64,000 bases of DNA from Candidatus Poribacteria bacterium (GCA_965116925.1 OZ220744.1:1312001-1376000); one strand, 5' to 3'. Positions 17,593 through 27,289 are shown, counted from the stretch's first letter. Notes: generated by a model not told the origin, from the letters alone. Program-made: numbers and translations.

Positions 17593-18879
17593 ATGCCACT
17601 CGGTCTACAGTTTGAAAACCTACATCAATTTTTCGTCCAATCCTCCGAGAGTTGGGCGCAAAGGTTCGTCCAAGAGCACGCGCCAGTTTTAACACATCTC
17701 CCCACACCGCTCGGCGAATTGGTGATTATGCTCGCATGTTGCGTCATTTTTGTCGCCGTTGTTCCCCTACTCCCGCTCGGTCTTGTCTTAGCAGAACGAA
17801 AAGTTTCCGCCCATATCCAAGATCGGGTCGGACCGATGCGAGTCGGACCGCACGGTATCCTTCAGACTCTAGCCGACGGAGTCAAGCTCATCTTCAAAGA
17901 AGACCACATTCCGCGAGAGGGAGATAAATTTCTCTTTGTGGTTTCTCCATATATTATCTTCGCCTGTTCCTTCGCCGTATTTGCTGCGATTCCGTTTGAC
18001 AAATCTATTCTTGTCAGTGAATTAAATATCGGTATCTTTTATATCATGGCAATCTCCTCCGTCATTGTGATGGGCGTGATTATGGCGGGGTGGGCTTCCA
18101 ATAGCAAATGGTCCCTGCTTGGAGCGATGCGATCTGCCGCCCAAATCGTCAGCTATGAAATTCCGCTGGGGCTCTGTATTTTGACCGTTGTAATGCTGGT
18201 GCAAAGCCTAAATATGCAGGATATTGTTACAGGACAAGACGGGATAGCGAACTGGTTAATTTTTCGGACACCGTTCACCTTTGTGGCGTTCTTCGTTTTC
18301 TTCATTTCGGCGATTGCCGAAGTCAACCGTACCCCGTTTGACCTGCCCGAAGCAGAATCCGAACTGGTCGCTGGCTTCCATACCGAGTATAGCGGTATGC
18401 GTTTTGCACTGTTTTTCATCGCGGAATATGCAAATATGTTCGCCGTCAGTGCAATTGCTGCTACCCTGTTCCTCGGCGGTTGGCACGGGATTGTTCCCGC
18501 AGAGATGTTGCCTCAAGCCGGCATCCTCGGCTTTGTTCTGAAAACGCTGACCCTCGGTGGACTCTTAGGTGTCGCTATCAAAACGTTGTTATTAGTGTTC
18601 GTTATGATGTGGCTGCGCTGGACGCTACCGCGCCTGCGCGTGGATCAGTTGATGAACCTATGTTGGAAGTATTTTATACCGATCTCATTCTTCAATATTC
18701 TGGGCGTCGGAATCTGGGGATTGATTTTCCCGAAAGATTCGATGTTAAGCATTATTATCAGTATCGCTGTTATTATACTTGGACTCATTTTTACCTTCGG
18801 TGTGCTAGGTAAGAGTTTATCTAAGGGACCTGAACCACCGCCCAGTTCGGCGGAGAGGCGAATTTCTGCGACAACCTAA
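17593..18879 (+). CDS. nuoH: NADH-quinone oxidoreductase subunit H
   Basis: ERKVSAHIQDRVGP, NRTPFDLPEAESELVAGFHTEYSG, PRLRVDQLM. Confidence 0.97.
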   Translation: MPLGLQFENLHQFFVQSSESWAQRFVQEHAPVLTHLPTPLGELVIMLACCVIFVAVVPLLPLGLVLAERKVSAHIQDRVGPMRVGPHGILQTLADGVKLIFKEDHIPREGDKFLFVVSPYIIFACSFAVFAAIPFDKSILVSELNIGIFYIMAISSVIVMGVIMAGWASNSKWSLLGAMRSAAQIVSYEIPLGLCILTVVMLVQSLNMQDIVTGQDGIANWLIFRTPFTFVAFFVFFISAIAEVNRTPFDLPEAESELVAGFHTEYSGMRFALFFIAEYANMFAVSAIAATLFLGGWHGIVPAEMLPQAGILGFVLKTLTLGGLLGVAIKTLLLVFVMMWLRWTLPRLRVDQLMNLCWKYFIPISFFNILGVGIWGLIFPKDSMLSIIISIAVIILGLIFTFGVLGKSLSKGPEPPPSSAERRISATT

Positions 18880-18923
18880 AAAAAGCTAAAGGAACACAAA
18901 TTTACCTCTAAGGAGGTTTCGTC

Positions 18924-19595
18924 ATGCGTCACTATTTCTCAAATATCTATTTAGGGGTTTACACAGCCCTCGTTGGTATGCGTATCACCTTCAAACAGTT
19001 TTTGCAACCCTCCGTCACCCACCAATACCCTTATGACCGCTCCTTTGAGCAGAAGAAAAATATACGCGAAATTCCCAAGGGGTATCGAGGCAAGCTACAC
19101 AACCGCATTGAGGACTGTATCGGCTGTAAAAAATGTGAGATGATCTGTCCCGTCGATTGCATTACCATCACCACCCAAAAACTCCCCAAAGGTGAACGAC
19201 TTTGGGATAGTATGAACGTGGTCCATCTCAAAGATAGAACAGAGATTGTCGGTAATATTGAGGGAGACGAGAAACCAGGACCCAGTACAACGGTTACAAT
19301 TCAGACTCGTGAAGATGGAACCGTTAATGTTTCAAGCGAGGAAATCGCTAACATCGTTGAGCGGAAACCGGTAATCTTTTACCTCGATCAGTTTGACATC
19401 GATATGTCGCTCTGTATGTACTGTGGTCTTTGCACCGAGGTTTGTCCAACAGAGTGCCTGATTATGTATGATAATCTTAGCGACGGGATTGAATATTCAA
19501 CCTTCGATAGGACAGACCTGATTTACGAATTTGCGAAACCAGAAATGTACGATCAACCAGATGATGAATCCACTGAGGCAGAAGCCGCAGACTAA
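18924..19595 (+). CDS. nuoI: NADH-quinone oxidoreductase subunit I with an internal insertion
   Basis: CIGCKKCEMICP and CMYCGLCTEVCP; VTHQYP; YRG. Confidence 0.93.
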   Translation: MRHYFSNIYLGVYTALVGMRITFKQFLQPSVTHQYPYDRSFEQKKNIREIPKGYRGKLHNRIEDCIGCKKCEMICPVDCITITTQKLPKGERLWDSMNVVHLKDRTEIVGNIEGDEKPGPSTTVTIQTREDGTVNVSSEEIANIVERKPVIFYLDQFDIDMSLCMYCGLCTEVCPTECLIMYDNLSDGIEYSTFDRTDLIYEFAKPEMYDQPDDESTEAEAAD

Positions 19596-19626
19596 TGGGG
19601 TGAAATCTCAAACCCAAAAACTGAGA

Positions 19627-19719
19627 CGCTCATATAAAAAGTAAAGTGCAAAACACTAAGAGAAACCGAGTTTTTTCGGCAAAACTCGGTTTCTGTTGCA
19701 CCATTTCTTGACATGAGCC
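19627..19719. mobile_element. MITE family A
   Basis: CGCTCATATAAAAAG...ACATGAGCC with the same internal hairpin as the 17441 copy; TSD not recognisable. Confidence 0.8.
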
Positions 19720-19741
19720 GACCAAGAAATTGAGCTAACTC

Positions 19742-20260
19742 ATGGAATTGAATCCTCAACAATTGGTTTTCTATCTTTTTGCCCTGCTGACCATCGGATC
19801 GGCAGTGATCGTTGTCACGATAAAAAATATCGTCTACGCCGCCTTTTCACTGATGGTTACCCTTTTTAGTGTTGCAGGGCTTTATGTTTTTTTGCAGGCA
19901 GATTTCCTTGCCGCTACCCAAGTGATAGTCTATGTCGGCGGTATTCTCGTACTGATCCTATTTGGGGTTATGATGACAAGTGGGCGCTTGGACCTGAAGC
20001 TAAAACTTGAGCGCGGACAGATGTTCTGGGGAGCGGTTGTATCGCTGATCCTCTTTGGATTGCTTCTGAGTGTCATCACAAATACCCCACAATGGGAAAA
20101 CGTGGACGTAGGGGCATCGCAGGAGCCAACAACTCGCAGGATTGGTGAGATGATTATGCAGGAAGAGTACTTATTGCCATTTGAGATTGCGTCGATTCTT
20201 TTACTAGTTGCATTGATTGGAGCAGCACTCATTTCTCGTAAGGAGGTCAGAGACGAGTGA
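19742..20260 (+). CDS. nuoJ: NADH-quinone oxidoreductase subunit J
   Basis: QVIVYVGGILVLILFGVMM, YLLPFEIASILLLVALIGA. Confidence 0.96.
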   Translation: MELNPQQLVFYLFALLTIGSAVIVVTIKNIVYAAFSLMVTLFSVAGLYVFLQADFLAATQVIVYVGGILVLILFGVMMTSGRLDLKLKLERGQMFWGAVVSLILFGLLLSVITNTPQWENVDVGASQEPTTRRIGEMIMQEEYLLPFEIASILLLVALIGAALISRKEVRDE

Positions 20261-20565
20261 GTTTACAGAGTTACCTTGTCATCAGCATTATACTGTTCTG
20301 TCTCGGAATCTTTTGTGTTTTGACGCGCAGGAACGCTATCAGCATCCTGATGGGAATCGAATTGATCCTCAATTCCTGCAACCTCAACTTTGCTGCCTTT
20401 TCTCGCTATGTGACGCCACCTGATGACATTAGCGGTCAGATCATCGCACTTTTTGGAATCGTCCTAGCTGCCGCCGAAGCCGCCGTCTTTTTAGCCATTA
20501 TTTTGGCGATTTATAGAGAGTTCAGCACCATCAGCCCCGACGAGACCGACACCTTGAAAGGATAA
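20257..20565 (+). CDS. nuoK: NADH-quinone oxidoreductase subunit K
   Basis: RRNAI..LMGIELILN, AAAEAAV. Confidence 0.96.
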   Translation: MSLQSYLVISIILFCLGIFCVLTRRNAISILMGIELILNSCNLNFAAFSRYVTPPDDISGQIIALFGIVLAAAEAAVFLAIILAIYREFSTISPDETDTLKG

Positions 20566-20571
20566 ACCGTT

Positions 20572-20636
20572 TAGGATTACGTACTTCGGTTTGTAGTAGC
20601 GCAGTTTATTGCGCATCATAAACGGCGCAAATCCTA
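20572..20636. mobile_element. MITE family B, degenerate
   Basis: TAGGATTACGTACTTCGGTTTGTAGTAGCGC matches the 12886 copy; ends GCGCAAATCCTA; flanks CCGTT/TCGTT. Confidence 0.65.
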
Positions 20637-20887
20637 TCGTTATTGTTTTCTTGATCGAATAGTACGTAGGTTGGGTTGAACGGAACTAATTAAAAATACC
20701 AACCATCACAACTGAATTTCGGAGTCCAATTCTGCTGGAAATTGCTCTAATCTAGTGAAACCCAACATTAAACTAATGGCTCCATGAGCAAATGGTTTTC
20801 ACGTTTCACGCATCACGTTTCACGTTCGGTCTCTGAGGAATGGGCGTATCAATGGTTGCAAACTACTAGTTGTCAGGAGATAACAAA

Positions 20888-21298
20888 ATGGGACCTTTCG
20901 TGGAACTCAAGTTAGCAAATAGTATTGATGCTGCGCTTGTGCACCGTGGTTTTCTCGCGCCCAATCAGGTACGTCAAACCGAAATTCGGGGTGTAGTGGA
21001 TACAGGGGCAGTGCGACTGGTAATCCCCGAACATGTGGCAACGGAATTAGGCGGGCGTGAAGTTGATGAAATACAGGTCCGCTATGCTGATGGACGCATA
21101 GCCACACGAAAGCTAGTGACTGATGTTCTGGTAGAACTTTTGGGACGTGAAGCAACTTTTCGCGCAAGTGTTGAGCCTGACCGAGATTCGGCACTCATCG
21201 GAGCAATTGTCCTTGAAGATCTTGATCTCCTTGTAGATTGTACCACAGAAAGATTACGCCCCCGCGATCCCAATCATATTATTTCAGAAATAGAGTAA
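20888..21298 (+). CDS. Clan AA (retropepsin-like) aspartyl protease
   Basis: VDTGA, YADG, LIGAIVLEDLDL; AGGAG RBS before ATG 20888. Confidence 0.85.
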   Translation: MGPFVELKLANSIDAALVHRGFLAPNQVRQTEIRGVVDTGAVRLVIPEHVATELGGREVDEIQVRYADGRIATRKLVTDVLVELLGREATFRASVEPDRDSALIGAIVLEDLDLLVDCTTERLRPRDPNHIISEIE

Positions 21299-21322
21299 GT
21301 AACTCCATGAGGAGATTATTAT

Positions 21323-23539
21323 ATGCCTGTTGTACCTCTTATTAGCATCATCTTACTTGCCCCCCTCGCAGCATTCGCGTTTTTCGGGCTCCTATCGCTG
21401 ACCGGACGCAATTACCGCCGCCAAGATCTGGTTTCAACCGCAGCAATGATTGTGGCATTTGTCTGCTCCGTCCTCCTGTTTACAAACGTTATCAATGATC
21501 CAGATAAATTTTCGCACGATGGCGCAGAGATATACTCACTCACGTGGCTCCCGCTTGGCTCAGTCAACTTTTCAATGGGCTTCCTCTTTGACAGCGTGAC
21601 CGCCGTCATGCTCCTCGTTGTCACGATTGTCAGTAGCCTTGTGCATATCTTTTCAATCGGATACATGCACGGCGACCCCCGCTATCCCCGATTTTTTGCC
21701 TTTCTATCGTTGTTCTCATTCTCGATGCTCTTCTTGGTTGTTTCCGACAACCTACTCGGTATCTATATCGGTTGGGAGCTTGTTGGTGTCTGCTCTTATC
21801 TACTCATCGGATTCTGGTTTGAACAAGATGCCCCAGCAAATGCGTGTAAAAAAGCGTTCATGACAACCCGCGTCGGTGATGTCGGGATGTTCATCGGCAT
21901 GATGATGCTTTTCGCCAAGTTCCGCACGTTATCACTTTACGGCGATGAAGGCATATTTGCACTCGCCAGTAACCTGACCACCGGCGATATAACTTGGCTG
22001 TCAATTGCCGGGGTGCTAATCTTCTGCGGTGCTGTCGGCAAGTCAGCACAAATCCCCCTGCATACATGGCTTCCCGATGCGATGGAAGGTCCCACACCTG
22101 TCAGTGCCTTGATTCACGCCGCGACAATGGTCGCCGCAGGGGTTTATCTTACTGCACGAATGTTCCCAATCCTCACCGCGGATTCATCACTAGTTATTGC
22201 GTATGTCGGGGGGATCACGGCGTTAGTCGCAGCAACAATTGCCATTGTTCGATTCGACATCAAGCGAGTCCTTGCCTATTCGACTATCAGCCAACTTGGT
22301 TATATGATGTTGGCGATTGGGGCAGGAAGTTATATCGCAGGACTTTTCCATCTCACAACACACGCATTTTTCAAAGCCCTACTCTTCCTCGGCTCCGGCA
22401 GCGTCATCCACGCCTTCCACGCCGCTCACCATGCTCACGGCGGCGACCATGACCACGCACACGATGACGACCATGGGCATACCGACGATCACGACGCAGC
22501 TTTCGATAGTCACGGCATTGACCCTGCACAAGACATGCGCCACATGGGGGGGCTACGCCATAAGATGCCCATCACCTTTGTAACAATGTTGATTGCGACG
22601 CTGTCAATCGCTGGTGTGCCATATATCTTCTCAGGCTTCTGGAGTAAAGATGCAGTCCTCGTTGAAGTGCTTTACCGGGCAATCTCTTGGAATTCGGTTC
22701 ATCACTATATTCTGTTTGGCATGGCCGCGCTCGCAGCTGTCATCACCGCATTTTATATGTTCCGCCTCATCTTCATGACCTTTACCGGGGAGCCGCGCAA
22801 TCAAGAAATGTACGACGGTGCACACGAATCGCCTCTGAAGATGGCGATTCCACTAATTATTTTAGCGGTTCTCAGCTTTCCAATCGTCAACAAATGGTCA
22901 TTTGAAAAATATGTGAAACAACCAGAGCAACCCCACATCCACGCGCCGAAACATGCAATGCACAATTCAGATCAAGGTCTCTTACATGCACAGTTGGGGC
23001 TTTCCGATGCACACGCTGCCGGAGAGGATACGCACAGTGACGATGCAGCAGCACACCATAACCCAGACCACGATAAGGCGCATAATATCGTAGTGCCACT
23101 GTCGTTCGTTATCGTCATTATCGGTATCGGGTTATCTGCGCTTTTCTATTACTGGAGGAAGTTTTCTGCCGAAGCTGTTGCAGCGAGGCTGCGACCGATT
23201 TACACGCTGCTATGGAACAAATACTATTTTGATGAACTTTACGACGGTGTGCTCGTCGCACTTACCGTCGCAGGTTCAAAAGTGCTCGGACTCTTTGATT
23301 TGCGTTTCATCGATGGAATTGTCAACGGGGTCGGTATCGCTGTACAGGCAGGATGTTCTCGACTCGCAGGGTGGTTTGACAACACCTTTGTCGATGGACT
23401 AGTCAATTTAGTCGCCCGAATTACTTGGTCAATCGGTGGCAGGGTCAGACGGGTTCAAACGGGCATGATCCAAAATTATCTGCTAGCGGTTTTGGGCGGT
23501 GTTGTGCTATTAATTCTGATTTTCCGTGCTTTATTCTAG
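21323..23539 (+). CDS. nuoL: NADH-quinone oxidoreductase subunit L with His-rich loops
   Basis: GWELVGVCSYLLIGFW, GKSAQIPLHTWLPDAMEGPTPVSALIHAATMV, FHLTTHAFFKALLFL. Confidence 0.97.
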   Translation: MPVVPLISIILLAPLAAFAFFGLLSLTGRNYRRQDLVSTAAMIVAFVCSVLLFTNVINDPDKFSHDGAEIYSLTWLPLGSVNFSMGFLFDSVTAVMLLVVTIVSSLVHIFSIGYMHGDPRYPRFFAFLSLFSFSMLFLVVSDNLLGIYIGWELVGVCSYLLIGFWFEQDAPANACKKAFMTTRVGDVGMFIGMMMLFAKFRTLSLYGDEGIFALASNLTTGDITWLSIAGVLIFCGAVGKSAQIPLHTWLPDAMEGPTPVSALIHAATMVAAGVYLTARMFPILTADSSLVIAYVGGITALVAATIAIVRFDIKRVLAYSTISQLGYMMLAIGAGSYIAGLFHLTTHAFFKALLFLGSGSVIHAFHAAHHAHGGDHDHAHDDDHGHTDDHDAAFDSHGIDPAQDMRHMGGLRHKMPITFVTMLIATLSIAGVPYIFSGFWSKDAVLVEVLYRAISWNSVHHYILFGMAALAAVITAFYMFRLIFMTFTGEPRNQEMYDGAHESPLKMAIPLIILAVLSFPIVNKWSFEKYVKQPEQPHIHAPKHAMHNSDQGLLHAQLGLSDAHAAGEDTHSDDAAAHHNPDHDKAHNIVVPLSFVIVIIGIGLSALFYYWRKFSAEAVAARLRPIYTLLWNKYYFDELYDGVLVALTVAGSKVLGLFDLRFIDGIVNGVGIAVQAGCSRLAGWFDNTFVDGLVNLVARITWSIGGRVRRVQTGMIQNYLLAVLGGVVLLILIFRALF

Positions 23540-23605
23540 TAGCACTTACGGAGTCAACTGTAGGCGGGGTATCTGGTTTCCCCGCGCTGAAACGCGTAAG
23601 TCCTA
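23540..23605. mobile_element. MITE family B inserted at the nuoL stop codon
   Basis: TAGCACTTACG...CGTAAGTCCTA; TCTAG duplicated at 23535-23539 and 23606-23610. Confidence 0.8.
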
Positions 23606-23642
23606 TCTAGGGTGTCTTCTATTCAAAAGTGAGGTGAAAATC

Positions 23643-23951
23643 ATGGCATTTCCACTTCCGCCGATTGATGATCCGGCGTTACAAAAATTCTGCAAAACGC
23701 ATAATCTGTATGAGGCGGTCGCTGCCGGTTGCCATTACGCACACAAGTTCTTTCCAGCAGCGGAAACGATTGAGATTGATTTCCACCCACCTCATCGGGA
23801 CGATGAGCCAGAGGAGGCAGACATTGCATTCGTGATTAAGTCAAATATGACAGTCAACGAAACGCTTGAGGCTCAAGATCGATTCATCAAAGCCATGAGG
23901 GATGTGCCGGGGGCTTTCTATATCATCCCTCTGCATAGGTTCATCGGATGA
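23643..23951 (+). CDS. Small hypothetical protein (102 aa)
   Basis: GAGG RBS, ATG 23643, globular composition; same strand as the nuo genes. Confidence 0.7.
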   Translation: MAFPLPPIDDPALQKFCKTHNLYEAVAAGCHYAHKFFPAAETIEIDFHPPHRDDEPEEADIAFVIKSNMTVNETLEAQDRFIKAMRDVPGAFYIIPLHRFIG

Positions 23952-24023
23952 ATCATCTTGATTTCCTAGATACAGCAGCCGCTTTTGATCGACTTGATAA
24001 AACAACCCTTTCCGAAGGGATCT

Positions 24024-24131
24024 TATAGTGAATTCAAAAAATAAATGAACACTTTCGCTCCCCATGTTTGGTAGGCGCTGTTTGTAACTGCGCCGATTTG
24101 GAGTGTTTCATTAATTCTAAAATCTACTATA
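24024..24131. mobile_element. MITE family C
   Basis: TATAGTGAATTCAAAAAATAAAT...TTAATTCTAAAATCTACTATA with an internal GTAGGCGCTGTT..AACTGCGCC hairpin. Confidence 0.85.
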
Positions 24132-24262
24132 AACTATCTTCAAAGAACAAATCAGATCTGACGTAAAAAATGAATAATTTGGCGCATCACGCCATAAATA
24201 GTAGGAGTAGGTTTCAAATCTGCACTACCTATGGACGCTTTTAACGAGGAGGATTTCACTGG

Positions 24263-25747
24263 ATGTTATCGTTGATGATTTTTATCCCTCTGCTAGGGAT
24301 GCTTGTGGTTCTGTTTGCTATTCGGCGAGAACAGGAGGAACTCGCCAAGCGTGTGACGTTTATTGTCACGCTGATCCCGCTGCTGATTGCAGTCTTTCTT
24401 TTTGTAGATTATGATCGATCCATGTCGGGACATCAGTATGAAGAAGACATGATGTGGATTCAGGCATTCAATATCCGCTACCACGTCGGGATCGATGGAT
24501 TAAGCGTTACACTGGTGCTTTTGACAGCGCTGCTGGGACCGATATGTGTCCTTGCATCGTGGAAAATCGACAAAGGAATCAAAGCCTACCTCGCGCTGTT
24601 TCTGCTTTTGGAAACAGGTATGATCGGTTTCTTCTGCGCCCTGGATATGTTCCTATTCTATGTCTTCTTTGAGGTTACGTTGCTCCCAATGTATTTCCTG
24701 ATCGGGATATGGGGTGGAGAGAGGCGCGAGTATGCAGCAATTAAGTTTTTCCTGTATACGCTCTTCGGCAGCGTGCTGATGCTTATCGCCATGATCGCCG
24801 TTTATCTGAAGGGCGGCACCTTTGATATTCCAACGCTGATCGAACTTGCGAAGACCCCGGGCCACGCACTCGCAGATCCCACATTCCAGGTATGGGCGTT
24901 TCTCGGTTTCTTCATCGGCTTTGCGGTCAAAGTGCCTATTTTCCCCTTCCACACGTGGTTACCCGATGCTCATGTAGAGGCACCAACTGCGATCAGCGTC
25001 ATCCTTGCAGGAATCCTTTTGAAGATGGGGACGTATGGACTGGTTCGCATCAACTTTGCGATGCTGCCTGAAGGGATGGACTTCTTCTGCAACGGCGTAG
25101 GAACGTGGGGCAATTCGTTGGCGATTCTCGGCTTCATCAATATCGTTTACGGTTCACTCTGTGCGTTGGCACAGACCGACTTTAAGAAACTTGTTGCCTA
25201 CTCCAGTATTGGTCACATGGGATTTGTCCTGATAGGTCTTGCGGCACGGAATGAGAGCGGATTAACCGGTGCTATCCTTCAGATGTTCAACCACGGCGTC
25301 ATTAGCGCGATGCTGTTTCTCCTAGTGGGCGTTGTGTATGACCGAGCACACCACCGCGAAATCAACGGTTTCGGTGGACTCGGTAGCAAAATGCCGATAT
25401 ACACCGGCATAACGACACTGGCGTTTATGGCGTCCTTGGGGCTGCCGGGACTCAGCGGTTTTGTTGGGGAAGCGTTGTCTCTGCTGGGGGCATATAGTAA
25501 GTTCAAAGTGTTGACAATCCTTTCAACCGCCGGTATTGTTGTCGGTGCAGCTTACTTCCTCTGGACGTTACAGCGTGTCTTTCTAGGAGAGTTGAATCCG
25601 AAATACGAAAGTATCACCGAAATCAATGGGCGCGAAATCGCAACGTTGGTCCCGTTAGGCATCCTTACGATTGTGCTGGGTATTTGGCCCTCAATCGCCA
25701 TTGATATGTTTAGAGAAGCCGTGAGTATATTGCCGCTTGTACAATAA
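24263..25747 (+). CDS. nuoM: NADH-quinone oxidoreductase subunit M
   Basis: GIDGLS, FFEVTLLPMY, FAVKVPIFPFHTWLPDAHVEAPT, LKMGTYG. Confidence 0.97.
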   Translation: MLSLMIFIPLLGMLVVLFAIRREQEELAKRVTFIVTLIPLLIAVFLFVDYDRSMSGHQYEEDMMWIQAFNIRYHVGIDGLSVTLVLLTALLGPICVLASWKIDKGIKAYLALFLLLETGMIGFFCALDMFLFYVFFEVTLLPMYFLIGIWGGERREYAAIKFFLYTLFGSVLMLIAMIAVYLKGGTFDIPTLIELAKTPGHALADPTFQVWAFLGFFIGFAVKVPIFPFHTWLPDAHVEAPTAISVILAGILLKMGTYGLVRINFAMLPEGMDFFCNGVGTWGNSLAILGFINIVYGSLCALAQTDFKKLVAYSSIGHMGFVLIGLAARNESGLTGAILQMFNHGVISAMLFLLVGVVYDRAHHREINGFGGLGSKMPIYTGITTLAFMASLGLPGLSGFVGEALSLLGAYSKFKVLTILSTAGIVVGAAYFLWTLQRVFLGELNPKYESITEINGREIATLVPLGILTIVLGIWPSIAIDMFREAVSILPLVQ

Positions 25748-25759
25748 AGGGAGAGTTCA

Positions 25760-27217
25760 TTGCCAAACATTGCAAGTATTCCTTACTTTATACCAGAAAT
25801 TGTTTTAGTTGCCTTCGCGGTGACTGTCATTTTATACGATCTAGCATCGAAAAAGAGAGGGGGCGATGGCGCTGCCTATCTATCGCTTGTCGGCCTTGTA
25901 GTAGCGGTGATCATCGCAATTGTGATTGGATCCGAAGACCGATCCCTGTTCCTCGGCATGGTTCGACTCGATAGTTTCGCCATGTTCTTCAAAGTTATTA
26001 TCTCCGTTGCTACCGCTGCAACGATTCTATTTTCCGTCCGTTCTGCTGAACTCGATCCGGAGACAAAGGGCGAATACTACGCGCTCCTGCTTGCGGTAAC
26101 GCTGGGCATGTATCTGATGGCATCGTCGACCCATCTCCTGATGATCTACCTCTCGTTGGAAACTGTCAGCCTGACCTCCTACATCCTCGCTGGATTCCTG
26201 ACGCATAGCCCGCGTTCAAGCGAAGCGGCGTTCAAATACATCACCTTTGGCGCGATATCGTCAGGAACCATGCTATTTGGTATCTCCCTCCTATTTGGTA
26301 TGACCGGTACAGGGGATATTGTGCTAATTAGCAGCAGGCTTGGAGAGATGTTCAGTCAAGGCGATGTCTATCCACTGGCGGTCCTATTGTCGATTACGTT
26401 TATCCTTGCGGGCGTTGGCTACAAAATCGCCTCTGTACCCTTCCACATGTGGTCTCCCGACGTCTACGAGGGTGCCCCAATTCCAATAACAGCATTTCTA
26501 TCCGTTGCATCCAAATCAGCCGGCTTCGCGCTATTTATTCGCCTATTCTATTCAGGTCTCAAATCAGCAGATGCCTCCATTGATTGGTCCCTGATGCTGG
26601 CAGTCGTCTCTGCCTTAACCATGACTGTCGGTAACCTGGCCGCGCTCCCGCAGCAAAATGTCAAACGACTCCTCGCTTACTCAAGTATCTCGCACGGTGG
26701 CTTCCTGCTCATGGGAGGTGTCTTGCTGACAAGCGAAGGGCTTCAGGCGATCCTGATCTACCTAATTATCTATCTGTTTATGAATCTGGGAGCATTCTTT
26801 GTTGTTATCCTCATCGCAAACGAGGTCGGCAGTGAAACAATTGACGGCTACCGGGGACTAGTTTCCCGCGCGCCGCTCATTGCAGTGTCAATGGCAATCT
26901 TCCTATTTTCTTTGACCGGGCTGCCTCCCCTCGCCGGATTCGCCGGGAAATGGATTCTTTTTGCCGCTGTTATCAAAGAGCAGCTCTACTGGCTGGCAAT
27001 CATCGGCTTGCTCAATAGTGTCGTGGCACTTTACTACTATGTGCGAATCGTCAAGGCGATGTTCCTTGAAACAGCCGATGACACCGAATCCCTCTCTTTC
27101 TCACCCGGCAGTCTTGTCCTGCTCCTTGTTTTTGTTGTACCGACCCTATTGCTCGGTATCTATTGGAACCCCCTATACGAACTATCCAGAGCCTCCCTCG
27201 GTAAATTGATGGGCTAA
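25760..27217 (+). CDS. nuoN: NADH-quinone oxidoreductase subunit N
   Basis: SSEAAFKY, KIASVPFHMWSPDVYEGAP, KRLLAYSSISH. Confidence 0.96.
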   Translation: MPNIASIPYFIPEIVLVAFAVTVILYDLASKKRGGDGAAYLSLVGLVVAVIIAIVIGSEDRSLFLGMVRLDSFAMFFKVIISVATAATILFSVRSAELDPETKGEYYALLLAVTLGMYLMASSTHLLMIYLSLETVSLTSYILAGFLTHSPRSSEAAFKYITFGAISSGTMLFGISLLFGMTGTGDIVLISSRLGEMFSQGDVYPLAVLLSITFILAGVGYKIASVPFHMWSPDVYEGAPIPITAFLSVASKSAGFALFIRLFYSGLKSADASIDWSLMLAVVSALTMTVGNLAALPQQNVKRLLAYSSISHGGFLLMGGVLLTSEGLQAILIYLIIYLFMNLGAFFVVILIANEVGSETIDGYRGLVSRAPLIAVSMAIFLFSLTGLPPLAGFAGKWILFAAVIKEQLYWLAIIGLLNSVVALYYYVRIVKAMFLETADDTESLSFSPGSLVLLLVFVVPTLLLGIYWNPLYELSRASLGKLMG

Positions 27218-27256
27218 GAGGAATTATTTCCTACGTTTTTACCCAAATATCAAACG

Positions 27257-27289
27257 AAAAAGGGCAACCACAAGAGGTTGCCCTTTTTT
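27257..27289 (+). terminator. Intrinsic terminator after nuoN
   Basis: AAAAAGGGCAACC-loop-GGTTGCCCTTTTTT. Confidence 0.8.

Noticed and set aside
23526..23642. Extended N-terminus of the small ORF after nuoL
   Set aside because: It runs through a MITE; the RBS supports ATG 23643
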